32,000 nucleotides of DNA from Cylindrospermopsis raciborskii Cr2010. Lineage in GTDB: Bacteria; Cyanobacteriota; Cyanobacteriia; Cyanobacteriales; Nostocaceae. Shown here piece after piece: positions 10,043 to 19,154 of this stretch. The notes beneath the pieces were generated by a model. The model saw only the letters and a list, made by a program, of their open reading frames with translations, was not told where the DNA came from and did not search any database. Where the stretch lies: contig NZ_CP065936.1 of NCBI RefSeq assembly GCF_003367075.2, forward strand, positions 1,890,001 through 1,922,000, given 5' to 3'. Each line of letters begins with the position of its first letter. Position 1 is the stretch's first letter. Both the position numbers and the translations under genes were made by a program.

Positions 10043-10324
10043 TTGATAATTGTGTATATTTCACGTCGCTCTGCCACTCTTAGAAACATTTCTGTTGCCG
10101 TTGTTAATGGAATTATCACCTTGGTAATTTTATTGATTGCGCCCTTGGGATTAGCAGCAGTTATTATCAATACAATACTGATAACATTTGCTACTTATTT
10201 TGTATCCAATATTGCTGATAGGATAGTATGGTGGTTACAGTCAGAATCGAGGAAAGATATGGAAGCTGGTGGAAACGAATATTCTGCTGTCAAGAAGTCA
10301 AATTTACAACGTTGGTGGCGTTAA
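10043..10324 (+). CDS. csx18: Small membrane protein, Csx18-like
   Basis: 93 aa, two hydrophobic segments (NISVAVVNGIITLVILLIAPLGLAAVIINTILITFATYFV), immediately upstream of cas1 with TAATG-type overlap. Family assignment rests on size, topology and position. Confidence 0.6.
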   Translation: MIIVYISRRSATLRNISVAVVNGIITLVILLIAPLGLAAVIINTILITFATYFVSNIADRIVWWLQSESRKDMEAGGNEYSAVKKSNLQRWWR

Positions 10325-11316
10325 TGCAAACCCTGTATGTTTCTGAGCAAAACTGCTACATTTGCTTGCAAAAAGAGATATTAGTGGTAAAAAGAGGTGA
10401 AGTTACACAAGCACAAGTGCAGTTACCCTTATTAGAACAGATACTAATATTTGGTAGTTCCCAGGTAACCACTCAAGTAGTTCGAGCCTGTTTGTTGCGC
10501 GACATTCCTATTGCCTATTTATCCAGAATGGGTTACTGCTATGGCAGAATTTTACCAATATCGAGAGGATATCGCCAACTGTCTCGTTATCAACAACAAC
10601 TTTCTGCTATGGAAAAATTAGTAACAGCGAGGGAGATTATTAAAAGTAAAATAAAGAACAGTAGAGTATTATTGCAAAGACAGAAGAAAAAAACAGCATC
10701 TGCTAATTTAGAACGTGTTTTAGAAAGCCTTAATTATTTAGCAGAGCAAACTGCATCAGCTGACAGTTGTGAGAGACTAATGGGGATAGAAGGCGCTGGT
10801 GCTGCCCAATATTTTTCAGCTTTTGGGGAATGTCTTAGCAACGAGAATTTTATTTTTTTAGGTCGCAGTCGTCGTCCCCCTGGAAACCAGGTCAACGCCA
10901 TGTTGAGTTTTGGATATCAAGTGCTTTGGAATCATCTATTGGCACTAATAGAAATTCAAGGTTTAGATCCTTACTATGGTTGTTTGCATCAAGGTCATGA
11001 TGGTCATCCAGCATTAGCTTCTGATTTAATTGAAGAGTTTCGCTCCCCATTAATAGACTCATTGGTTATGTGGTTAATCAATCGCAATATTTTTGATGTA
11101 GGAGCTGATTTTGAGTTTATAAAAGGGGGATGTTATTTAAATAATTCAGGAAGAAAAAAGTTTTTACAAGCTTTTTTGCAAAGAATGACAGAGGAAGTAC
11201 AAACGGAGGATGGAACTAAACAACCAAAGTGGGACTTACTCACTCAACAGGTAAGAGCTTTTAAGCAGTTTGTTTACAATCCTGCCCATCACTATCGTCC
11301 ATATAGAATACATTAG
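10324..11316 (+). CDS. cas1: CRISPR-associated endonuclease Cas1 (start 10324; the 10228 start in the ORF track overlaps the upstream gene)
   Basis: MQTLYVSEQNCYICLQKEILVVKRGE...IPIAYLSRMGYCYGRI, MGIEGAGAAQYFSAFGE, NLLNAMLSFGY-like NQVNAMLSFGYQVL, GLDPYYGCLHQGHDGHPALASDLIEEFR. Confidence 0.96.
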   Translation: MQTLYVSEQNCYICLQKEILVVKRGEVTQAQVQLPLLEQILIFGSSQVTTQVVRACLLRDIPIAYLSRMGYCYGRILPISRGYRQLSRYQQQLSAMEKLVTAREIIKSKIKNSRVLLQRQKKKTASANLERVLESLNYLAEQTASADSCERLMGIEGAGAAQYFSAFGECLSNENFIFLGRSRRPPGNQVNAMLSFGYQVLWNHLLALIEIQGLDPYYGCLHQGHDGHPALASDLIEEFRSPLIDSLVMWLINRNIFDVGADFEFIKGGCYLNNSGRKKFLQAFLQRMTEEVQTEDGTKQPKWDLLTQQVRAFKQFVYNPAHHYRPYRIH

Positions 11317-11397
11317 TTTTTCTTTACAGCAGAATGTCTTAATTTTATGCTGAATTACATTATAAGTTTATGGTATTATTAAGTGGTACTTCTAATT

Positions 11398-11679
11398 ATG
11401 TTTTTATATGTAATTGCCTACGATGTTCCTGATGATAAAAGGCGCAAGAAAGTAGCTGATTTACTAGAAGGTTATGGTCAGCGAGTGCAGTATTCCGTAT
11501 TTGAGTGTCAACTAAGCACACAGCAATATCGTGATTTGCATTCCCGACTGAAAAAGATTATCAAGTTACAAGAGGATAATATTAGATTTTATCCTTTATC
11601 TAAACATACCATTCCTCAAATAGAAGCTTGGGGAGTGGGAGTACCCATAGTGCAATTACCCAATTCTATTATTATCTGA
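11398..11679 (+). CDS. cas2: CRISPR-associated endoribonuclease Cas2
   Basis: MFLYVIAYDVPDDKRRKKVADLLEGYGQRVQYSVFECQL...; ATG at 11398-11400, downstream of cas1. Confidence 0.95.
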   Translation: MFLYVIAYDVPDDKRRKKVADLLEGYGQRVQYSVFECQLSTQQYRDLHSRLKKIIKLQEDNIRFYPLSKHTIPQIEAWGVGVPIVQLPNSIII

Positions 11680-12093
11680 GTATTCATGCTAGGTAAAGTT
11701 TTAATCTATATGATATCTGTTTACTTTAGTCTAAGCAAAAATAAAATATACAATAAATTTTTTGTTTTTGAATACTAGTTATTTGAGCATGAATCAGTTA
11801 TAATGATATAGCTAGATGGGTTAATTAACGATTAGTATTGAGATTATTTATTGAGTATTAATTAAGGGCTAAAGTGATATTAATGACAGTAAATTCAGTG
11901 ATTAACGAATGAAATGCGAAGGTCAGGAAAAAACGCTGGAATGCCTATTATTTCGTCGGGAACCTCGCAGCCTTGTGGTGTAAGGGTTTCAGCCATTATT
12001 TTGAGGGTGGTAGGGGTGAAAAACAGAGAAAATTTGCTGACCTTCGCAAAGTGGGTCTAGACACCAGTCAGGGTAAGGGCTTAAAATGGAGGT
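11680..12093 (+). promoter_or_regulatory. CRISPR leader region
   Basis: Non-coding, AT-rich first half between cas2 and the first repeat; the array end opposite this one carries the mutated repeat. Confidence 0.75.
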
Positions 12094-15000
12094 CCCCGCT
12101 TCCCTCTGGGAAGTGGAATCAATGGAAACATCTCCCAAAACCCCCATGGGTTTGGGTTTGGTTCCCCCCGCTTCCCTCTGGGAAGTGGAATCAATGGAAA
12201 CAGGATCCTCTCCTCGAGAATTCTTTTGCGCTTTTGCACCCCGCTTCCCTCTGGGAAGTGGAATCAATGGAAACATTTGGTCAAAGATGTGAATAAGATT
12301 AGTTCTAAGTCCCCGCTTCCCTCTGGGAAGTGGAATCAATGGAAACTATTTTGAAAATCCAAGAACGAAGCATCAATGGTTTCAGGTCCCCGCTTCCCTC
12401 TGGGAAGTGGAATCAATGGAAACTGTATCCCGTTTCAACTGGTTCTGTTTCCAGACCCACTTGCCCCGCTTCCCTCTGGGAAGTGGAATCAATGGAAACT
12501 GCAACTAATAAAAACATCAGTTTGATTATCTTTTTGCCCCGCTTCCCTCTGGGAAGTGGAATCAATGGAAACCGTAGGTATATTATATTCTTTACCAACG
12601 GAAACTCAGTGGCCCCGCTTCCCTCTGGGAAGTGGAATCAATGGAAACTTTAAACAATCAGGAGAGACCTCCTGGTTATTTGGGCCCCGCTTCCCTCTGG
12701 GAAGTGGAATCAATGGAAACAGTCATAGACATCCTTGAACCAATAAACAGTTACAGCCCCGCTTCCCTCTGGGAAGTGGAATCAATGGAAACCCAGAGCA
12801 GTGGTGGCCTAGCCACACTGCCAATGAGTGGAACCCCGCTTCCCTCTGGGAAGTGGAATCAATGGAAACATTTACTCTGTGAGTTCCATAAGCAATTGCA
12901 TCATCTCCCCGCTTCCCTCTGGGAAGTGGAATCAATGGAAACGAATTTTGAAATCAAGATAAAAGTAGACGGGCTAGCCCCGCTTCCCTCTGGGAAGTGG
13001 AATCAATGGAAACTCCCCTGGTAGTTCCCCTCTAGCGGTTCCCCTCTAGCAGCCCCGCTTCCCTCTGGGAAGTGGAATCAATGGAAACAGATTTGATAGG
13101 GGTGGATTTGGCGATCGCACTAACACCCCGCTTCCCTCTGGGAAGTGGAATCAATGGAAACGATATTTATTACGTCGCTGGAAAATTCCAGTAAATTTTC
13201 CCCGCTTCCCTCTGGGAAGTGGAATCAATGGAAACCACTCCCGCTCAGGATCTTTAAGATCCTGAAAGTCCTAAAACCCCGCTTCCCTCTGGGAAGTGGA
13301 ATCAATGGAAACATAATAAAAATACTAGCTACTCCCTGTAAGCCTGATTATCCCCGCTTCCCTCTGGGAAGTGGAATCAATGGAAACGGGAGTGGTGTTT
13401 AGATGAATGGTTTAATAATTACAACCCCGCTTCCCTCTGGGAAGTGGAATCAATGGAAACGTTTGTTAAGCTTGCTCCTGTTCGGGTGCTTTTGCCACAT
13501 CGCCCCCGCTTCCCTCTGGGAAGTGGAATCAATGGAAACTTGGTACTATAGGACAAAAACGAGACTAGGGTGGCCCCGCTTCCCTCTGGGAAGTGGAATC
13601 AATGGAAACATTTGTTAATAAAGCTACGAATTGGTTAATAGAAACCCCGCTTCCCTCTGGGAAGTGGAATCAATGGAAACTTTTATTGGTATTGAACTGG
13701 ATAAAGATTATGTCGAAATAGCAACCCCGCTTCCCTCTGGGAAGTGGAATCAATGGAAACGAGTTGGGCAGTAAATCACTATCTACATATACGTAGCTCC
13801 CCGCTTCCCTCTGGGAAGTGGAATCAATGGAAACCCGAGGTAATCTACCAAGCTAACCAAAGTGTATAAATCCCCCGCTTCCCTCTGGGAAGTGGAATCA
13901 ATGGAAACAAGTCATGCAAACAAAACCTCCATGTTTTTAAACGCTTCTTCCCCGCTTCCCTCTGGGAAGTGGAATCAATGGAAACGTTCGTGGGAGATGC
14001 ACCAAAGAGACTTTGGATCCAACCCCGCTTCCCTCTGGGAAGTGGAATCAATGGAAACGCTCAGGGAGCTGCTGAGCTATAGGAACAAAGAATATCCCCG
14101 CTTCCCTCTGGGAAGTGGAATCAATGGAAACCGCCGCGGATGCGGACGCTTGTGCGACGATTTCACCGCCCCCGCTTCCCTCTGGGAAGTGGAATCAATG
14201 GAAACCTACTTCTTGGGGTGTCCAGGACTCATATTTATCTTCCCCGCTTCCCTCTGGGAAGTGGAATCAATGGAAACAAAAAATTTAACCTTCATAACCT
14301 AATCTCCTAATCAAAACCCCGCTTCCCTCTGGGAAGTGGAATCAATGGAAACTTGTAGTTGGGACGATCCCAACCCGTCTTTTTGTCATACCCCGCTTCC
14401 CTCTGGGAAGTGGAATCAATGGAAACCTGCCACCCTTCGACTGAAACCCATCCAATTTGGATGCCCCGCTTCCCTCTGGGAAGTGGAATCAATGGAAACC
14501 TCCACCCTTTCGGGAGAGCGCGGGTTAGTTTAGGATACCCCGCTTCCCTCTGGGAAGTGGAATCAATGGAAACCACCAGACTGACTTACTTCCGCTTCAA
14601 AACTTGTGGCCCCGCTTCCCTCTGGGAAGTGGAATCAATGGAAACCAACCGAATATCGTACCCGTACGAACTAAGTCCGTACCCCCGCTTCCCTCTGGGA
14701 AGTGGAATCAATGGAAACCCATTATTTCCCTCAGAATACCATGGTTGAATTTCCCCCGCTTCCCTCTGGGAAGTGGAATCAATGGAAACATATTAGTTTC
14801 AGTTGCTTAAAAAAAGATATTGACACCCCGCTTCCCTCTGGGAAGTGGAATCAATGGAAACTTCTCCAGTTGGTGGCAGGACTGTGCGCGTGGAAAAACC
14901 CCGCTTCCCTCTGGGAAGTGGAATCAATGGAAACTTTAAAGATCCTGAGTGGCATTGAGAATTTTAGTAAGGTCCCCCGCTTCCCTCTGGGAAGTGGAAT

Positions 15001-15753
15001 CAATGGAAACCTACCTGATGAAAAAACTGTTATCATTGGTCTATGGGCCCCGCTTCCCTCTGGGAAGTGGAATCAATGGAAACAGGCATCCTCTGGAAAT
15101 ACCCCCTCATACCGAAAGGTATCCCGCTTCCCTCTGGGAAGTGGAATCAATGGAAACATGCTGTAATAATTTAACTTGCTCATTTAAGTCATAGACCCCC
15201 GCTTCCCTCTGGGAAGTGGAATCAATGGAAACGCATTGGAATTCTGCTACAGATTGTCTAGTAGCGTAGCCCCGCTTCCCTCTGGGAAGTGGAATCAATG
15301 GAAACTTGTGGATAACTTACCAAAGTTCCGCCATCTAAAAGAATTACCCCGCTTCCCTCTGGGAAGTGGAATCAATGGAAACGTGATACGTTTGATATGA
15401 AAATATCAGAAAGTCATATCCCCGCTTCCCTCTGGGAAGTGGAATCAATGGAAACTTGTCACGGTTAAGCGGTGTTAACCCGGGTGAGTTTCAGCCCCGC
15501 TTCCCTCTGGGAAGTGGAATCAATGGAAACTCATCCGCACGGGGATGGTTGTTTAATACTTCTAGCCCCGCTTCCCTCTGGGAAGTGGAATCAATGGAAA
15601 CCTCTAGGGGAACAACTTGTGGTTCTGCTGCAGGAGTTCCACCCCCGCTTCCCTCTGGGAAGTGGAATCAATGGAAACATCTTAAAAATCCTGAGTGGTA
15701 ATGTAAAATTTAGCAAACCCCGCTTCCCTCTGGGAAGTGGAATCAATAGAAAC
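12094..15753 (+). CRISPR. CRISPR array, 50 repeats and 49 spacers; repeat CCCCGCTTCCCTCTGGGAAGTGGAATCAATGGAAAC (36 nt), spacers 34-44 nt
   Basis: Repeats located by hand at 12094, 12166, 12239, 12311, 12388 ... 15495, 15566, 15643, 15718. Internal palindrome CTTCCC-TCT-GGGAAG; terminal repeat has GG->AG (AATCAATAGAAAC). One repeat (15122) has T in place of the first C. Confidence 0.99.
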
Positions 15754-15974
15754 GCATTGTCTTTAGGTAATTATTGCCACGAGCAATAAAAAGCATCTTT
15801 CTATTTTTATTGATGCTAGGGAATGGGGAGAAATTTAAAATATGAGAGCGATCGCCTACAATAAGCTATAAGATCGCACCTCCTCAACTCCCCAAACAGC
15901 GATTATTCATTTTTATTAAACTGGTACGTCTGACTCCTTCTGCGCTAAAATATCCTTAGTTCAAGGAATTGGCT

Positions 15975-16175
15975 ATGAAAATAAAAGCAATTATTTGGGA
16001 AGAAGACGGTGTATGGTGTGGTTCTGTACCAGCTTTACCAGGATGTCATACCTGGGGTGAAAGTTACGAACATTTATTAGAAATGTTGAAAGATGCTGTT
16101 CAAGGTTGGTTAGAAGTTGCTAGTCAGCAAGAAGAAGTTGAACCACAAAAACAGTTAATTGAGTTATCTTTATGA
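15975..16175 (+). CDS. hicB: HicB-family antitoxin
   Basis: MKIKAIIWEEDGVWCGSVPALPGCHTWGESYEHLLEMLKDAVQGWLE: HicB partial RNase H-like fold signature. Confidence 0.85.
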   Translation: MKIKAIIWEEDGVWCGSVPALPGCHTWGESYEHLLEMLKDAVQGWLEVASQQEEVEPQKQLIELSL

Positions 16176-16376
16176 AATCCGTTTCTGGTAAGTCTCTGTG
16201 TAAGAGAACGCTATGGATGGAATCTAAAAAGGATTACAGGTAGTCATCATATCTATGTTAGGGAAGGTATGAGTGTGATTCTTTCTATACCTGTTCATGG
16301 AAATCGTGATCTACCTACGGGTACACTGAAAAGTATTTTGAAAGATGCTGGTTTGATTGAAGAAGATTTAGACTAA
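16172..16376 (+). pseudogene. hicA: HicA-family toxin gene, frameshifted
   Basis: Starts by ATGA overlap with hicB: MKSVSGKSLCK..., then a different frame gives ERYGWNLKRITGSHHIYVREGMSVILSIPVHGNRDLPTGTLKSILKDAGLIEEDLD*. Total 205 nt, not a multiple of 3. Confidence 0.78.
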
Positions 16377-16450
16377 TTTCGCCAACGCACTCCCTCCTTG
16401 TAAAGTCTCTTCTCTTTGCATCTGCTCTTTATAAAACAACTCATTCAAAA

Positions 16451-18586
16451 CTACTGATATAGCTTACTAATCCCATCCGCCATTAACTTAATTTGTTCCC
16501 GAATCTCCAATGGTTGTACAACCTTAACTTTATCTCCAAAACCAATAATCCAACGTCTGAGGTCTATATCCTCAATACTCCAACAGGGTAAAGTCAGTTG
16601 GCAACAATAAGGATACTTAGAATCTTCTGTTAGTGGTAAAACAAATATCGTCTCCCCTTGTGAAATTCTTTTTCCTGATCGCTTTGAGAATTTAATTTTA
16701 TTATGAGGTAATCGTTTAGTTCTTTCACTCAGAAAATTAAAAATGCTTTCTTCACACCATATTTCTACTGTAATTTCTACAGAAGAACGTTGTTTAGTAT
16801 TTAAATACTTTTGCTGTTCGTCAACGCTATTACCTAAAAATAAACTATAGCTAGATTGGTATAATTTTTCTAATTTAGATAAAGCTGCTTTCTGTTCTTT
16901 TTTGTCGCGTTTTGTTGGTAAATACTCATTAATAGAAAAGCGATCTAATCGCTCAAATCTAAATAATTTATCAGCTTTTCCACCTTTGGTTTCGTAGCCT
17001 AAATACCAGCCTATTTTTGAAAATACAATTTGTAAAGGCCAGACTTGGAATAGTTGGTTAGGATAGGGATCATTAAGATGACGTCCTGTATTTGCAAAGC
17101 GGATAAGTTCTAATAATTGACCTGATAAAATAGCTTCGGTAAGTTGATCTAGTTTCTTGTAAGCTGCGTTGTCTGACAATTTTTCCAGATCAATACCGGG
17201 ACTATCAGCGATCGCTCTCACTCGGTAATCATCAGTATAGTCCTCAGAATCGGTTTGAGTAGAATCCTGAGACTCTGATTCACCAGGCTCTTTACAATCT
17301 GCTTTTTTGTTCTTCTGAGGACGCAATATTTGACTTAATTCTAACTTTTTCTCAATCCCTTCATAAATAGATAAAGAAATAGGATCATCTAAATCTTTAG
17401 CATGAGAACGAAGCACTTTATAAACCTGTACCAGTTCATGTTTATTTAAAATTGCATTGCCAACAAAATAAGCACGTTTCATAATATCCTTAGGTAATAT
17501 TTTATAGGGGTGTAAAACTCTTTGAATATCTTTACGTAGTGTGTCTTGACTAAAACCAACAATATATTTTTTCAAGCTTTCAAAAAATATCTCTTGAACT
17601 GTTTTATCCTCGTCTTCCTCATGGCGAAAACAAGGGAAGTGTACCAAACAGCGAATAATTGTTATTAATCGTAAAAAAGCATCACTATCAGAATAGGTAT
17701 GTGCCTCAAATTTATCAATATTTCCTGTATATTCACCAACCAAAATTTCTGATGTTAACCCTTGTTCATTAAGAATTCCATTTTTTTCTAACCATTGCAA
17801 ATCATTAGCTAAAGCTTTGGGTTCAGCATAAATAGAATGATATTTACGCGACATTAATGCAGATATTTCATCTAAAGAATCTGTTATAGGTTGAACATTA
17901 CCAACTAACTCCTTTTGTAAAAGATCAGGATTAATTTCATGAAGTAAACCTAAGCCAGGGAATTTAATAATTAACGAAATCAAATACATCAATCGTTCAA
18001 AATCAATTAAACCAGAATACTGATGTAAAGTTTTCTTCTGGCTACAATTACGACGATTAATAATAGAACGAGGTAAACTTTTAATCTGTTTTGCAACTAG
18101 AGAAAAGTCATATTTGCCATTTACCATTGGCACAACATTTACTTTAGCAAAACCCTCAGCTTCAATAGGTTCAAAGTTTATTAACTGCTTTTCAAAACTC
18201 TCAATGATACTTTTACCAACTTGCCGTTGTCGCTGTTCATTTCTGCGGTAACATTCCTCCAAAAGCGTTTTCAAATACCAACCCATCCAAGTTTCTGCAC
18301 CTACAACTGCAAACTTTTGCAATATATCCATGCGTTGCGATCGCTTAAAATTTGTAGCATCATAAATTACAGAACGACCAGAAGCAACAGCAACTTTAAC
18401 CCTATTCAATACCTCCTGTTCAATTAAATTCCAATCACCTTGTATACTTTCATCACCAAACAACTCCCCCCGAATTGTATCTGTAGAGATTATTACACAA
18501 TTAGGATCATATTCCACCCACTGACGAGCAAAGGTTGACTTTCCGGAACCAGGAAGACCGATAAGACAATGACAAATTGGAGACAT
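16451..18586 (-). CDS. P-loop (polynucleotide-kinase-like) ATPase fused to a C-terminal WYL domain
   Basis: 711 aa; N-term CHCLIGLPGSGKSTFARQWVEYDPNCVIISTDTIRGELFGDESIQGDW, SGRSVIYDATNFKRSQR; C-term PLQIVFSKIGWYLGYETKGGKADKLFRFERLDRF and LRRWIIGFGDKVKVVQPLEIREQI (WYL-like). Confidence 0.8.
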   Translation of the reverse strand: MSPICHCLIGLPGSGKSTFARQWVEYDPNCVIISTDTIRGELFGDESIQGDWNLIEQEVLNRVKVAVASGRSVIYDATNFKRSQRMDILQKFAVVGAETWMGWYLKTLLEECYRRNEQRQRQVGKSIIESFEKQLINFEPIEAEGFAKVNVVPMVNGKYDFSLVAKQIKSLPRSIINRRNCSQKKTLHQYSGLIDFERLMYLISLIIKFPGLGLLHEINPDLLQKELVGNVQPITDSLDEISALMSRKYHSIYAEPKALANDLQWLEKNGILNEQGLTSEILVGEYTGNIDKFEAHTYSDSDAFLRLITIIRCLVHFPCFRHEEDEDKTVQEIFFESLKKYIVGFSQDTLRKDIQRVLHPYKILPKDIMKRAYFVGNAILNKHELVQVYKVLRSHAKDLDDPISLSIYEGIEKKLELSQILRPQKNKKADCKEPGESESQDSTQTDSEDYTDDYRVRAIADSPGIDLEKLSDNAAYKKLDQLTEAILSGQLLELIRFANTGRHLNDPYPNQLFQVWPLQIVFSKIGWYLGYETKGGKADKLFRFERLDRFSINEYLPTKRDKKEQKAALSKLEKLYQSSYSLFLGNSVDEQQKYLNTKQRSSVEITVEIWCEESIFNFLSERTKRLPHNKIKFSKRSGKRISQGETIFVLPLTEDSKYPYCCQLTLPCWSIEDIDLRRWIIGFGDKVKVVQPLEIREQIKLMADGISKLYQ

Positions 18587-18789
18587 AAAAGAAATGATTA
18601 AAAATCAATAAATATATATTAGGCTAAATCACTAATTCTTAATAATACTTAACGCGAATCACGAAAAATACCTTGAAGATTCCCAAATTTTCATTACCTA
18701 AAATTACCAATTACAACAAATCTATAACTAATCGTTACAACTTTTAATTTTGTTGTTCGCGTCAAATTAACACTGCTTAGGTACTTTGA

Positions 18790-18993
18790 TGTTATAAGGA
18801 ATTCAAACTAGACGCTAACGTTTGTGGGAAAGCTGAAAACCCCTCTCCTGTCTGGATAGCGGATTTAGGTAAATATCAAGTAGTACCAGTGTTTGGTCTT
18901 ACTGACAACAACAACCCAAGACATAAATTTGTACAAACATTGCGTAATGGTACATCCACACAAGAATTTGCTGAAATTTTCCCCCTCCCCTAG
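18790..18993 (+). pseudogene. Possible gene relic: 67 open codons with no ATG
   Basis: Reads CYKEFKLDANVCGKAENPSPVWIADLGKYQVVPVFGLTDNNNPRHKFVQTLRNGTSTQEFAEIFPLP*. Complex composition, family not recognised. Confidence 0.3.
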
Positions 18994-19154
18994 CTTTCTG
19001 TTGTTCGCGCCAAGAGGATTTAATTTTGACGGTCGCGTGAAGAATTAGACAAGTAGGCTAGGGGTAGCCATAATTATAACTATCAACCCAAGAAAAGATT
19101 GATTGCACAGTACACGATTGCAGAATTTATCAAAGTTATCATAAGGAGTCTATT

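Noticed and set aside
10228-10323. Longer cas1 start giving MVVTVRIEERYGSWWKRIFCC...
   Set aside because: Overlaps the upstream small membrane protein; the coupled ATG at 10324 gives the canonical Cas1 start MQTLYVSEQ.
12347-12387. Spacer 4 contains CATCAATGGTTTC, resembling the repeat end ATCAATGGAAAC
   Set aside because: Short partial similarity only, no second half of the repeat; judged chance.
15122-15157. Repeat beginning TCCCGC instead of CCCCGC
   Set aside because: Single-base change at the outermost repeat position inside the array; noted but not evidence of a second array or rearrangement.
11973-15789. Many 60-154 aa ORFs on both strands such as METILKIQERS..., PLPSGKWNQWK..., PRFPLGSGINGN..., IPLPRGKRG...
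   Set aside because: They are translations of the CRISPR repeat in different frames; the recurring peptides are the repeat itself, not a repeat protein.
16451-18586. Considered whether the kinase-WYL protein could be the missing Cas6 or Cmr1
   Set aside because: No RAMP glycine-rich motifs; N-terminal P-loop and C-terminal WYL signatures are clear.
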